DNA of 64,000 nucleotides from a virus, in the IMG/VR virus record IMGVR_UViG_3300037467_001303, positions 40,866 to 104,865 of that record. One strand, written 5' to 3'. How positions within the stretch are numbered: the stretch's first letter is position 1; each line of letters begins with the position of its first letter. Made by a program: the position numbers and the translations under genes. Positions 43,181 through 53,885 of this stretch are shown piece after piece. Below the pieces are notes generated by a model, which did no database searches, was not told the DNA's origin, and saw only the letters and a program-made list of their open reading frames with translations.

Positions 43181-44452
43181 ATGGCGAACAACGGCAATGT
43201 CGACCTGGGCGACCTGAGCGGCCAGGAAACTCCGTTCCTGCTCGAAGGTTCCCTGGAACCGGCATTGCCGTTGCCGCTGTTCGCGGTCGACGCCTCCGGC
43301 ACGATCGGCGCCCGGCTGGACGGCTACCCGTCCGGCCTGACGCTTCCCTCCTTTGGCCTGGCCAACGCCGGCATGGCCGACGGCATGCAGTTGCCCGCCT
43401 TCGGCGCCGCCGGCACGATGGAAGCCGGCAGCACGATCGCCGGCCGCCTGGCGATGCCCGCCTTTGGCCTGTCCGGCTCGCTGGAGCCGCCGCTGGCCCT
43501 GCCGTTCCCGCAGCTGGCCGGCACCGCCGGGGCCGGCGCCCTGATCGCAGCGCCCCTGCTGCAACTGCCCGCGCCGCAGGTCTCGGCCACCGGCGGCGGC
43601 AACGCCACCATGCAGCCCGAACCGTTCGCGCTCGCCGCGTCGGGCCTGGCCGGCACCGTGGCCAGCGCCAACGTCGCGCTGCTGCCGTTCAGGAACGGCT
43701 CGACCGCCCTGCAGGACACGAGCGCCGACGGCCAGATCACCCTCGGCCTGCTGCAGGTCAACGCCTGGGGCGGCGCCGACGCCCTGATCGAGGGCAATGT
43801 CACCCTCGACAGGTTCGCGCTGGCCGCGACCGCCGGCACCGGCCAGACCGCCACGGCGCTGCTGACCCTGCCGCTGTTCGAGGTGGGCGCGGGCAGCCAC
43901 GACGAGGCGATCGGCAACGCCACCATCGTCCTGCCGGCCTTCCAGATGGGCGGCGCCGGGGCCTTCACCCTGACGCTGACCCGCCCGCACACGGTGGCCG
44001 TGGTCCTGAACACGCGCCTGAAAGGCGTGGTGCGCTACGACGGCGTGGCCGCCAACAGCTTCGCCCAGTTCGCCAGCATGCAGCTGGCCGCCACCAGTGA
44101 CGGCATCGTGGCCCTGATGGGCGACACCGACCTGGGCGCACCGATCGCGGCCTCGATCGTCTCCGGCACCAGCGACCTGTCGGTGCCGCAAAGAAAACGC
44201 ATCGAGGCGGGTTATGTCGGCTACCGCTCGCAGGGCGAGATGGAAATGACGCTCATCACCGACGAGCACCACGAGTACACCTACCGCCTGGTGCCGCGCC
44301 AGATCCCGGACGCGATCCACAGCACGCGCGTCAAGTTCGGACGCGGCGTCGACGGCAACTACTGGGCCTGGAAGCTGGCCAACGTCAACGGCGGCCGGTT
44401 CGACCTGGCCAGCATGCAGCTGAACGTCAACCCGCTGGGCAGGAGCGTATGA
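43181..44452 (+). CDS. Tail-associated protein with LPxF repeats
   Basis: GGGGAG RBS; repeated LP(A/S/L)F; globular C-terminus. Confidence 0.75.
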   Translation: MANNGNVDLGDLSGQETPFLLEGSLEPALPLPLFAVDASGTIGARLDGYPSGLTLPSFGLANAGMADGMQLPAFGAAGTMEAGSTIAGRLAMPAFGLSGSLEPPLALPFPQLAGTAGAGALIAAPLLQLPAPQVSATGGGNATMQPEPFALAASGLAGTVASANVALLPFRNGSTALQDTSADGQITLGLLQVNAWGGADALIEGNVTLDRFALAATAGTGQTATALLTLPLFEVGAGSHDEAIGNATIVLPAFQMGGAGAFTLTLTRPHTVAVVLNTRLKGVVRYDGVAANSFAQFASMQLAATSDGIVALMGDTDLGAPIAASIVSGTSDLSVPQRKRIEAGYVGYRSQGEMEMTLITDEHHEYTYRLVPRQIPDAIHSTRVKFGRGVDGNYWAWKLANVNGGRFDLASMQLNVNPLGRSV

Positions 44453-46476
44453 GCGAGCCGATCTACACCGGCCCGCTGCCGATCCAGATCTCGGGCAACA
44501 TCGAGCTGGGCAAGACCTACGAGCGGGAAGGGCGCCGCCTGCTCGGCAAGATGCTCGCCATCAACGGCGTGGACGAACGCATCGCCGCCGGCGAGCCGGG
44601 CGGCTTCTACAAGCAGCACCAGACCATGCCCGACGGCAGCCGGCTGACGGTGACGACCAACAACGGCAGCCATGTGCTGCGCATCGACAGCCCCTACACC
44701 AGCGCGAAGCAGGAGACGCGCAGCGAGCGCCACGAGACCGGCGGCGAAGCCCCGGGCGCGACCCTGCACACCACGGCCGAAGGCGGCTACATCCCGCCCG
44801 AGGTGCCGCTGCCGGGCCTGGCCGAGCGCCAGGTCGAACCCGAGGAAGAGGAACCCAAGCGCCAGGAAACCAGCCCCTACATGTGGGTCGGCATCCGCTA
44901 CCTCAATTCCGGCGTGCGCTGGTACACGCCCAGCGCCATCATGATCGAGCCGGACACCGGGCCGGAATTCGCCGACAGCGGCCTGCCGCTGCGCGGCATC
45001 ATCAGCAGCCAGGACTTCTGGTCTGCCACCAACCTGTTCCTGTCCGGCGCCGGGGACGACTGGGAGATCGGGTTCGCAACCTACGGGGGCGACACCCTCG
45101 ACCAGGCTGTGCAGATCATGTACGACGGCTACCGGGACCGGATCGACGACGGCAACGATCACGCCGAGACCCACATCATCCGCGGCACCCACGCGATTCC
45201 CGTCTGGATGAACGACGAGGGCATCATGGCGGTGTCGGGCAACGGCCTGCGCTGCGAGTCGCTGCCGATGCAGTGGGATTGGCCGTTCACCGGCGAGTGG
45301 ATCGGCTACGACCCGCTGTCCGACACCCAGTTCGGCGACGGCGTGCGCAGCGTCGGCGACCGGCACACCACGCGCAACGAGCCGCTGCCGCTGTGGGACA
45401 TCGTCTACACGCTCGACCCGGACGAGGACGAGCAGATCGACCCCTGCGACAACCGGCCTGCGATGCAGGGCGTGCGCAAGTGCCTGGAGCGGGATTTCGG
45501 CATCCAGACCCGCGTGCTGTCGGGCGAATACATCCTGGCGCTGCACTCCTACGACCACACGCCGGAGATTGCCTCGCGCCGCGCCGGCGAGAAGATCCCG
45601 CTGTACGACACCAAGGACGACGAGGAGAGCGGCTTGAACCGCCGCAGCGAACACAGCGACTATGCCTCGTTCATGGCGCCGGTCAGCACGACCAATGGCC
45701 TGCAGATGGAAGTCGAGGTGCGGCTCGGCCGCGGCGACAGCGCGACCACGTTCCACTTCTCGACCACGATCGCCGAATCGAACGACGACCTGTACGCCAA
45801 CGTGCCCTACGGCAGCGACTGGCACAGCGCCTGCAGCCCGATCGGCGGGCCGAACCCGATCGGGCCGAACTTCGCCCCCAGCTTCATCGCCATCGACGTG
45901 AACGGTTACAACGCGCGCTGGATCGGCCACGACGAGGCGAACCTGTACCCGATCCTGGGCGGCGGCGTCTATTCCTACCAGAACGACACCCGCCGATCGC
46001 TGTACATCTACTTCGGCTTCCACCCCTTTTCCCAGCCCAGCGACGAGACCTGGCCCGAGTACGCCGGGCGCGCCCTGTGGAAGGTGATGGAGGCGGCCAC
46101 CGCCGGCGTGTACGGCAACGTGTTCATCAGCGACCCCGGCGGCGAAGAGGGCTGCGTGGCCGTCTTCGCGGACACCAGCAAGAACTACATCTGGCGCTAC
46201 GACGCCATGGGCGGGACGGTCGAGCCGGTCCCCCACCTCGGTTCGATGGACGACTACCAGTACGACTGGATCGAGGACCCGACCTATGAAGAGGGCGGGT
46301 TCTGGAGTCCCTACGTGCGCGAACTGGCCTGGTACTACCCGTACAAGTACATCGAACGGGACGCCTGCAACCAAAGCATCGGCGTCTCGGTCTGGGCCAC
46401 CTACGACAATTACACCATTGCCACCGGCACCTCGGTCTACTTCGACGACCCGCCGTCCACTTCCGACTGCTGCTGA
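44449..46476 (+). CDS. Acidic tail-region hypothetical protein
   Basis: AGGAG RBS and ATGA overlap; Asp/Tyr/Trp-rich. Confidence 0.75.
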   Translation: MSEPIYTGPLPIQISGNIELGKTYEREGRRLLGKMLAINGVDERIAAGEPGGFYKQHQTMPDGSRLTVTTNNGSHVLRIDSPYTSAKQETRSERHETGGEAPGATLHTTAEGGYIPPEVPLPGLAERQVEPEEEEPKRQETSPYMWVGIRYLNSGVRWYTPSAIMIEPDTGPEFADSGLPLRGIISSQDFWSATNLFLSGAGDDWEIGFATYGGDTLDQAVQIMYDGYRDRIDDGNDHAETHIIRGTHAIPVWMNDEGIMAVSGNGLRCESLPMQWDWPFTGEWIGYDPLSDTQFGDGVRSVGDRHTTRNEPLPLWDIVYTLDPDEDEQIDPCDNRPAMQGVRKCLERDFGIQTRVLSGEYILALHSYDHTPEIASRRAGEKIPLYDTKDDEESGLNRRSEHSDYASFMAPVSTTNGLQMEVEVRLGRGDSATTFHFSTTIAESNDDLYANVPYGSDWHSACSPIGGPNPIGPNFAPSFIAIDVNGYNARWIGHDEANLYPILGGGVYSYQNDTRRSLYIYFGFHPFSQPSDETWPEYAGRALWKVMEAATAGVYGNVFISDPGGEEGCVAVFADTSKNYIWRYDAMGGTVEPVPHLGSMDDYQYDWIEDPTYEEGGFWSPYVRELAWYYPYKYIERDACNQSIGVSVWATYDNYTIATGTSVYFDDPPSTSDCC

Positions 46477-46488
46477 CAAGGAACCATC

Positions 46489-48810
46489 ATGAGCTGCTCA
46501 TTCTCTGTCAACTTTTCCCAGCTGCCGGCCGCGCCGGCGCCGCCGCCGATCCCGGACCTGCCGGCCCTGCCGCCCCTGCCCGACCTGTCCTTGATCGAGC
46601 CGTTCGAGCCGCTCCCGGCGCCGACCGACCTGCCCGACGCGCCCACTGCGCCGACCCTGCCGGACTACCAGCTGCAGCCGATCCCCGATGCAAACTGGGG
46701 CACCGGCGATGCCCCCGGCGTCGTGGCGAATGTGATGACGAGCACTGGCCGACTGGCCTCGGTGAGCATGTCGGCCGCGATGACCTATCTGGTGTCGCTG
46801 GCGGACCTGGCCAACGGGTTCACGCCGATCACGGCGCCATTGCACCCCGGCACCGATGTCGACCTGCCGGACGCGGTCGAAGCACCAGCCGGGTTCGACC
46901 TGGCCCCGGCGTTCCCGCCGCTGCCCGAGGCCCCGGCAACCGCCACGCCGACCCCGTTCGTGATGCCCGAGGTGCCCGCCTACGACGCCGGCGAGCTGAC
47001 CCTGGCCGACCTGGCGCTGCCCGACCCGGCAACGATCCTGTTGCCGGCCGCCCCGGACCTGCTGCCGGTCTCGGCGCCGCCGCCGCCCGACTTCATCCTG
47101 CCACCCGCGCCGACGCTGGCCGAGCTGGTCATCCCCGACCCGCCGGTGCTCACCCTGCCGCTGTTCGAGGCCGAGCTGGGCGCGCGCCCGGACCTGCCGA
47201 CGGTCGCATTCGCCTACGATGAGGTGGCCTACCAGTCCCAGCTGCTCACCGAAATGACCTCGGCGCTGGCCGGCCTCATCATGGACGAGCACGCCACCGG
47301 CCTGCGCCCCGATGTCGAAGAGGCCATCTGGAGCCGCGCCGCCTCCCGCGAAGCCCGCCTGACCGCGCGCGCCACCGGCGAAGCGGCGCGCGTGCTGCAG
47401 GCGCGCGGGTTCGCCATGCCGGCCGCGACCCTGGACCGCATGGTGCAGCAGGCGCTGTCCGGCGGCCTGACCCGCGCCAGCGGCTTTGCCCGCGCCGTCG
47501 CCGTCGAGCGCGCCCAGCTGGCCCAGCAGAACCTGCGCTTCGCGCTGGAGAGCACGATCGCGCTGGAGTCGCGCCTGATCGACAAGCACAACGCCACCCA
47601 GGCCCGCGCGCTGGACGCGGCCAAGGCCATGCTGGCCCACGAGATCGCCATCTTCAACGCCCAGGTCAAACTGATGCAGGCCGACGTGGCCGCGTTCGCC
47701 ATGAAGGCCGAGGTGTTCAAGGTCCGGCTCACCAGCGCCCTCGCGCAAATCTCGGTGTTCCGCGCCCAGATCGAGGCCCAGATCGCGCGCGGCGAGGTCA
47801 ACGCCCAGAAAATCGCCATCTACCAGGCCCAGATCGGCGGCGTGCGCGTGATCGCCGACACCTACCGCAGCCAGGTCGAGGCGGCGCGCGAACTGACCGA
47901 CGCCAACAAGGCGCGCGCCGACCAGTACCAGGCCCGGATCTCGGCGTACCAGGCCGAAGTGACGGCCAAGCAGAGCGAGTACGAGGCCTTCGGCGGCGCC
48001 GTGCGCGCCCAGGTCGAACGCGCCCACATGTTCGAGAAGCAGGTGGCCAGCTACCGTTCCAAGGTCGGCGCGTTCGACGCCCTGGTGAAAGCCAAGGTCG
48101 GGGTGCTGGACCTGCAGCTCAAGCAGACCGGCGACTACCCGCTGGAGATGTTTCGCGCCAGGATCGACGCCTACCGCGGCGCCAGCGAAGCGACCGTCGA
48201 GCAGCTGCGCTCGTCCGCCAGCGTGTACGGCGCCAAGATCCGCGCCTATGTCGCGTCCGAGTCGGTCAAGACCGAGCTGGCCGACGCCAAGGTACGGGTG
48301 GCCCAGGCCAACGCCGAGCGGGCGCTGGCCGACGCGACTGCGCTGCTCGACGCCGGCCGCGCCAACCTGGCCAGCGCCGAAGCCTACGCCGCGACGGTCC
48401 AGAACAACGTGCGCACCGCCGGCCAGCTCGCAGGCCAGATCGCGGCGGCCGCCGTTGCCGCCCAGAGCGTGCACGCCTCGATCTCCGAGAGCGGCAGCAT
48501 GGGCGTGTCGAACAGCCACGGCGAATCGAGCAGCCACTCGGACAGCCAGGCCGCCGTCAACTCGACCAGCACCAGCAGCAGCCTCAACACCAGCTTCACG
48601 CAGATCTCGGGCAGCACCTCCAACAACGTGGTCTCCAACAGCTCCGGGCGCCACCGCAACAAGGGCACGAGCAAGTCCGAATCCGTCGCCTACAGCAACA
48701 CCACCGGCAATTCGATGACCTCGCACTTCACCAACTCGATCACGTCGAGCCTGTCCGACAACTTCTCGGAGTCGAGGGAGTGCATCGACCGCACCGTCCA
48801 CTCCGACTGA
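46489..48810 (+). CDS. Virion or ejection protein (Pro-rich, coiled-coil, Ser-rich), paralogue 1
   Basis: VEEAIWSRA...ARGFAMP; KAEVFKVRL; Ser-rich C-terminus. Confidence 0.8.
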   Translation: MSCSFSVNFSQLPAAPAPPPIPDLPALPPLPDLSLIEPFEPLPAPTDLPDAPTAPTLPDYQLQPIPDANWGTGDAPGVVANVMTSTGRLASVSMSAAMTYLVSLADLANGFTPITAPLHPGTDVDLPDAVEAPAGFDLAPAFPPLPEAPATATPTPFVMPEVPAYDAGELTLADLALPDPATILLPAAPDLLPVSAPPPPDFILPPAPTLAELVIPDPPVLTLPLFEAELGARPDLPTVAFAYDEVAYQSQLLTEMTSALAGLIMDEHATGLRPDVEEAIWSRAASREARLTARATGEAARVLQARGFAMPAATLDRMVQQALSGGLTRASGFARAVAVERAQLAQQNLRFALESTIALESRLIDKHNATQARALDAAKAMLAHEIAIFNAQVKLMQADVAAFAMKAEVFKVRLTSALAQISVFRAQIEAQIARGEVNAQKIAIYQAQIGGVRVIADTYRSQVEAARELTDANKARADQYQARISAYQAEVTAKQSEYEAFGGAVRAQVERAHMFEKQVASYRSKVGAFDALVKAKVGVLDLQLKQTGDYPLEMFRARIDAYRGASEATVEQLRSSASVYGAKIRAYVASESVKTELADAKVRVAQANAERALADATALLDAGRANLASAEAYAATVQNNVRTAGQLAGQIAAAAVAAQSVHASISESGSMGVSNSHGESSSHSDSQAAVNSTSTSSSLNTSFTQISGSTSNNVVSNSSGRHRNKGTSKSESVAYSNTTGNSMTSHFTNSITSSLSDNFSESRECIDRTVHSD

Positions 48811-48820
48811 AGGGCGCACC

Positions 48821-50953
48821 ATGACCAACGTTCCAGAACCGACCGAGATCAAGCTTGCGAGCGGGCTTGTCACCACCGTCCTGGGCGAGTCGCAGGCGCT
48901 GGCCAACCTGGCGCAGACCGGCGGCATCGCCGCGATCGAGGCGCTGGCCACGCTCGACATCGAGATCCCGCCGATCGTTCCGCCCGACATCGACATCCCG
49001 GCGATCGCCGTGGCGCCGTCCGCCGCACTGCCGCAGGAGCCGGCCCTGGCGCTGCAGATGCCGGAGCTGCCGCAGGCGCCGGACGCGCCGGCCGCCGCCA
49101 GCCTGGACGTGGGCACGCCGCCCGCCTACGACCTGGTGCCGCCGCTTCTCATCGACGTGCCGCTGCCCGACCCGTTCGATGCGCTGGTGCCCGACGCGCC
49201 GGTGCTCGACGACGTGCAGGCGCCGGTCGAACCGGATTTCACCCTGCCGGCCGTGCCCGACCTGGTGTCCCTGAACCTGCCCGACGCGCCCACCTACGAG
49301 GTGCCGACCTTCGCCGGCGAGGCGCCGACCGCGCCCATGGTGCCGGACCTGCAGTTCACCTGGAACGAAATCGAGTACCACAGCGAGCTGCTGGCCAGCG
49401 TCAACAACCGCCTGCTGACGTTCGTGCAGGGCGGGTTCTCGGCGCTGCCCGAGGAGGTCGAGCAGCGGATCTGGGACAAGGCCGTCGACGACGAGGTGGC
49501 CGCCACCTGGAGCGCGACCGACGCCGCAGCCCAGCAGGTCGCCGCGCGCGGTTTCAATTTGCCCGGCGGGGAACTGCTGCGCCTGGTGCAGGCGGCGCTG
49601 GACGCCGGCCTGAAACAGGACGTGCAGGCCAGCCGCGAGACCATGGTGGCGCAGGCCCGCATGCAGCAGGCCAATTTCGCCTTCGCGTTCTCGAACGCGA
49701 TGCAGCTGGAAACCCAGCTCATCAACCTGTTCAACCAGGTCCGGCAGCGCGCGCTCGACGCCGCGAAATACCGCGTCGAGTCAAGCATGCAGCTGTTCGA
49801 TGCGCGGGTGATGCTGTACCAGGCGGACGTGCAGGCCTTCGGCGCCAAGGCCGAGGTGTTCAAGGCCCGCCTGCAGGCGGTGCTGGCCCAGCTCGACGTG
49901 TACAAGGCCGAGCTGGAAGCGGTGAAGGCACGCGGCCAGCTCAACCTCCAGCTGGCCCAGCAGTATGCGGCCCAGGTCGACAGCCTGAAAGTGATCGCCG
50001 ACGTGTACCGCGCGCGCGTGTCCGCCGTCAGCCTGGCCGTGGCCAACAACAAGAACCGCACCGAACTGTATAAAAGCGCGATCGACGGCGCCGCCGCGCA
50101 GGCCAAGGGCGCCGCCCTGGCCGTGCAGGGCTACCTGGCCCAGGTACAGCAGGAATCCGGCAAGGCCGACCTGTTCGCCGCCCGCGTGGCCGGGTACGCC
50201 AGCCAGGTCGAGGCGTTCCGGGTACTGGCCGACGGCAAGCTGTCCGAAGCGGGCATGAATTTCCGCCAGCTGCAGCAGTTCCCGCTGGAACTCTACAAGA
50301 GCCAGATCGCGGCCGCGCAGGCCGCGACCCGCGCCGAGAGCACGCGCCTGAGCGCGACCGCCGAGCTGTTCAACAGCCGGGTCGACGCCTATGCGGCCCA
50401 GCAGCGCGTGATCAACAAGCAGGCCACCACCAAGGGCGAGGTCGAGAACCTGGAAACCCGTGTCTACGCCAGCCGCGCCCAGCTGGCCATCAATGCCGCC
50501 TCGATCACCCAGCGCCTGGAGCAGGCGCGCACCGATACCGCCCAGGCCTCGCTGCGCGCCGCGGCGCAGCTGTCGTCGCAGCTGGCCTCGGCCGCGATGA
50601 GTGCGCGCAACGTCTCGGCCTCGATGTCGGGCAGCGTCAGCAATTCGGGCAGCTACAGCGTCTCGAACACCACTGCCAAGTCGACCAGCAACAGCAGCTC
50701 GATCTCGGTCTCGAACGCGACCAACTTCTCGGCCGGGACCTCGGACACCCGCGGCGGCGTGTCCAGCTACAACACCAGCCAGACCTACAGCGACAACGAG
50801 ACCGTCAGCGAGTCGGTCAACCACTCCACCTCCGAAGTGGTCTCGCACTCGTCGATGTACGACAGCCGCGTCGACAACCGCAATACCCGCTCGTACGGCG
50901 TCAGCAAGCGCAACGAAGCGACCACGCAGGACATCTACAACCACAAAGCGTAA
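48821..50953 (+). CDS. Virion or ejection protein (Pro-rich, coiled-coil, Ser-rich), paralogue 2
   Basis: VEQRIWDKA...ARGFNLP; KAEVFKARL; Ser-rich C-terminus. Confidence 0.8.
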   Translation: MTNVPEPTEIKLASGLVTTVLGESQALANLAQTGGIAAIEALATLDIEIPPIVPPDIDIPAIAVAPSAALPQEPALALQMPELPQAPDAPAAASLDVGTPPAYDLVPPLLIDVPLPDPFDALVPDAPVLDDVQAPVEPDFTLPAVPDLVSLNLPDAPTYEVPTFAGEAPTAPMVPDLQFTWNEIEYHSELLASVNNRLLTFVQGGFSALPEEVEQRIWDKAVDDEVAATWSATDAAAQQVAARGFNLPGGELLRLVQAALDAGLKQDVQASRETMVAQARMQQANFAFAFSNAMQLETQLINLFNQVRQRALDAAKYRVESSMQLFDARVMLYQADVQAFGAKAEVFKARLQAVLAQLDVYKAELEAVKARGQLNLQLAQQYAAQVDSLKVIADVYRARVSAVSLAVANNKNRTELYKSAIDGAAAQAKGAALAVQGYLAQVQQESGKADLFAARVAGYASQVEAFRVLADGKLSEAGMNFRQLQQFPLELYKSQIAAAQAATRAESTRLSATAELFNSRVDAYAAQQRVINKQATTKGEVENLETRVYASRAQLAINAASITQRLEQARTDTAQASLRAAAQLSSQLASAAMSARNVSASMSGSVSNSGSYSVSNTTAKSTSNSSSISVSNATNFSAGTSDTRGGVSSYNTSQTYSDNETVSESVNHSTSEVVSHSSMYDSRVDNRNTRSYGVSKRNEATTQDIYNHKA

Positions 50954-50969
50954 CCCGAGGACCACGACC

Positions 50970-53882
50970 ATGCCGAATCCCGACGACCTGCTCGAACCCA
51001 CCAGCCAGCAGCCGAATTTGCGTCAGCGCATCGCGGACGCCGCGCCGCAGCAGCAGGCCCAGGCGCGTGCCGTGGCCGACCGCCTCAAGCCGCCCACGCT
51101 CACCGATGTCGTCCGCCCGGGCAACGTCAACCCGGCGCTGCGCGACGACCTGGCGAAGACTTCGCTGAACGCGCAGGCCGACGCGAAAGCCGTGCAGGCC
51201 CGCCTGAACGGCAACGCCGCCGCCCCGGCCGCCGAGCCGGCCGCCTCGCCGCTGCGCGAGCGCCTGCAGGCGCGCGCCAGCGCGGCCCCGAGCGCGGCCG
51301 ACCAGGCCCTGCGCCAGCGCATGGGAGGCGGTATCGCCCAGGCCGCCCAGCAGGCCGCTGGCGCGCCGCCGCAGCTGCCGGCCCCGGCCAGCCCGGCGCC
51401 CGCCGCTGCCGCGCCGTCGCCGGCCAGCATCCGCGTCGATGGCGCCGGCAATGCCGCCGCGCCCGGCGCGCCGCGCACCACCATGCCGGTGGCGCAGGGT
51501 CCGGCAGCGGTCCCGCCCAGCAGCTCGCGCGCGCTCGTGCCGGCCAGCACCCCGCGCCCCGGCGTCATGGTGCCGTCCGGCCCCGGCGCCACGCCGCCCA
51601 GCGCTTCGCGCGCGATGGTCCCTGCAGGTCCTGGCGCCACGCCCCCGGCCGCCGATCCGGCCGCCGTACCGAAGGCGCCGTACAGCAAGCCAGGCGCGCC
51701 GCCGGTGCGCCCTGGCGTCTCCGTCGTCAACGGCGCGGGTGACGCCACGGTGCCGAACCCGGGCCTGCGCGACCGCATCACCGTCAACGCCAACCAGGCG
51801 CAGGCCGACCTGAAAGCCGCCGCCGACCGCATGGCCGCGCACCCGACCAACGTCGGACCGCAAAACCCGAACGTGGCCAGCCTGCGCCAGAGCGTGGGCC
51901 TGCACCCGGTGCCGCCGGGCGCGGCCGGCGCCGCCGAACCGGGCGTGATCGGCAAGTACGCCGGCAAGATCCTCGGCTCGGGCGAAGACTGGGCCGCGCT
52001 GGGCAACAAGCTCAAGCCGGCCGGCATGAAACTGCTGAAAGCGACCGGCGCCCTGGCCATCGGCGACGGCGCCTACAACGCCTACGAGGGCATCCGCCAG
52101 GGCGACCTGGGCCGCGCCGCATGGGGTGTCGGTGACGCCATCGCCGGCGTGGCCAGCTTCACCCCGGCCAAGCCGATCGCCGCCGCCTACCTGGGCGGCC
52201 GCGCCGCCTACGAGATCGGCCACGCGGCCAGCGAGGCCTTCGGCAGCGGCAAGAAACCGGCCGCCCCGGCCGCCGGGCCTGCCGCCAAGCCCGCCGCCGC
52301 CCCGGCCGCGGCACCCGCCGCCAAGCCCGCCGCCGCCCCGGCCGAGAAGCCGGCCGCGAAACCGGCGGCCGCCGCTCCGGCCCCGGCCATGGCCCAGCCG
52401 CGCCCGGACTACAGCAGCATGGCTGCCGCCGCGCGCGACGAGGCCCTGGGCGCGATCGACAACGAGGAAGCGTCCGACCCGCGCGCCGCCTACTACCAGA
52501 CGGTCGACCACAACACCGGCACCACCACCTACGACACGCGCGACCGTGGCCAGATCGTGGTCAAGGATGGCGTGCCGCTCAGCGAGGACGACCAGAAGCG
52601 CGTCGACGCCTTCACCGCCCGCCAGCAGCAGCGCGACGGCATCCACGAGCGCTACCAGCAGATGCTGGCCCAGCTGCAGGGAGAAGAGGAAGCCGGCGGT
52701 CCGGTGGCCGAGGCCGCCCGCGCCAGCGCCGGCGGTGGCGGCAACGCCAATGTCGCCGCCTTCGTGCAGCAGTACGGCGAAGCGGCCAAGGCCGCCGGCG
52801 ACAAGCTCGGCGTCGACCCGAACCTGCTCCTGACCCAGTGGGGCCACGAGACGGGCTGGGGCAAGAGCGTGATCCCGGGCACCAACAACCTCGGCAACAT
52901 CAAGGCCGTCAAGGGCCAGGCCGGCGTGGCCGCGACCGACAACATGACCGGCTCGCGCGACCAGTACGCCCAGTACGCCAGCCCGCACGAGTTCGCCGAC
53001 CAGTACGTGAACCTGGTCAACAGCCGCTATCCGGGCGCCGTCGGCGCCGGCAGCGACATGGGCAAGTTCGCCACCGCCCTGAAGGCCGGCGGCTATGCCG
53101 AGGACCCGGCCTACGTCAACAAGCTGCAGGCCGCCTATAAGACCGTGCTCGGCGCGGCCGGCGGCGCCCCGGCGCAGGCCCCGGCGGCCGCCGGTCCGCT
53201 GCCCTACGCGCGCGACCCGCTGGCCGGCGCCATCCCGGTGATGGACATGGCCAACGGCCGCACCTCCGTCACCATGCCCGGCATGGGAGAAGTGCGCGAC
53301 GGCATCACGATGGACGCCTACAACGCCGCCCGCACCGCGCTGAAGAACAACCCGTCGCTGGCGCAGCGCATGACGATCACCGACCAGGGTCCGGCCGTCG
53401 ACGGCGTGCTGATGCCGCTGAATGTGTTGCTGGCAGGCGACGGTGCGATGGCGAAGTACGCGCGCAACGCCGAACAGGCCCAGCGCTTCGCCGCCAACCC
53501 GACCGCCGGCAAGCTGGCCGAGACCGCGCTGGCGGGCGAGTACGCCAGCCGCAACCAGGAGACCCAGGCCGGCGCCACCCGCTACACGGCCGACCAGCAC
53601 CTCGAAGCGGCGAAGGTCGGCGCCTCGGCCGGCAACAAGCGCTACATCGAAATGAAGGGTGGTGTCAACCCGAAGACCTACACCCCCGAACCCGATATGG
53701 TGTTCGACACGCAATCGGGGCAGTACGTGCAGCGCCCGGGTGCGGGCGCCGCGCCGCAGCAGGGACAGCCGCAGATCCCGCCGGCGGCGATCGACATGCT
53801 CAGGAAACAGCCGCAAACCGCAGCCCAATTCGACGCCCAGTTCGGCGCCGGCGCCTCCAAGCGCTACCTGCAAGGGAACTAA
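50970..53882 (+). CDS. Ejection protein with FlgJ/GH73 glucosaminidase domain
   Basis: GAGG RBS before MPNPDD; QWGHETGWG, NNLGNIK, GGYAEDPAYVNKL; Ala/Pro-rich linkers. Confidence 0.85.
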   Translation: MPNPDDLLEPTSQQPNLRQRIADAAPQQQAQARAVADRLKPPTLTDVVRPGNVNPALRDDLAKTSLNAQADAKAVQARLNGNAAAPAAEPAASPLRERLQARASAAPSAADQALRQRMGGGIAQAAQQAAGAPPQLPAPASPAPAAAAPSPASIRVDGAGNAAAPGAPRTTMPVAQGPAAVPPSSSRALVPASTPRPGVMVPSGPGATPPSASRAMVPAGPGATPPAADPAAVPKAPYSKPGAPPVRPGVSVVNGAGDATVPNPGLRDRITVNANQAQADLKAAADRMAAHPTNVGPQNPNVASLRQSVGLHPVPPGAAGAAEPGVIGKYAGKILGSGEDWAALGNKLKPAGMKLLKATGALAIGDGAYNAYEGIRQGDLGRAAWGVGDAIAGVASFTPAKPIAAAYLGGRAAYEIGHAASEAFGSGKKPAAPAAGPAAKPAAAPAAAPAAKPAAAPAEKPAAKPAAAAPAPAMAQPRPDYSSMAAAARDEALGAIDNEEASDPRAAYYQTVDHNTGTTTYDTRDRGQIVVKDGVPLSEDDQKRVDAFTARQQQRDGIHERYQQMLAQLQGEEEAGGPVAEAARASAGGGGNANVAAFVQQYGEAAKAAGDKLGVDPNLLLTQWGHETGWGKSVIPGTNNLGNIKAVKGQAGVAATDNMTGSRDQYAQYASPHEFADQYVNLVNSRYPGAVGAGSDMGKFATALKAGGYAEDPAYVNKLQAAYKTVLGAAGGAPAQAPAAAGPLPYARDPLAGAIPVMDMANGRTSVTMPGMGEVRDGITMDAYNAARTALKNNPSLAQRMTITDQGPAVDGVLMPLNVLLAGDGAMAKYARNAEQAQRFAANPTAGKLAETALAGEYASRNQETQAGATRYTADQHLEAAKVGASAGNKRYIEMKGGVNPKTYTPEPDMVFDTQSGQYVQRPGAGAAPQQGQPQIPPAAIDMLRKQPQTAAQFDAQFGAGASKRYLQGN

Positions 53883-53885
53883 GCC

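Noticed and set aside
52250-52390. AAKPAAAP tandem repeats
   Set aside because: Ordinary low-complexity linker in the ejection protein.
52740-53140. Glucosaminidase domain as the endolysin
   Set aside because: It is embedded in a ~970-aa Ala/Pro-rich protein in the ejection cluster, which fits a virion-associated entry hydrolase; no adjacent holin or spanin.
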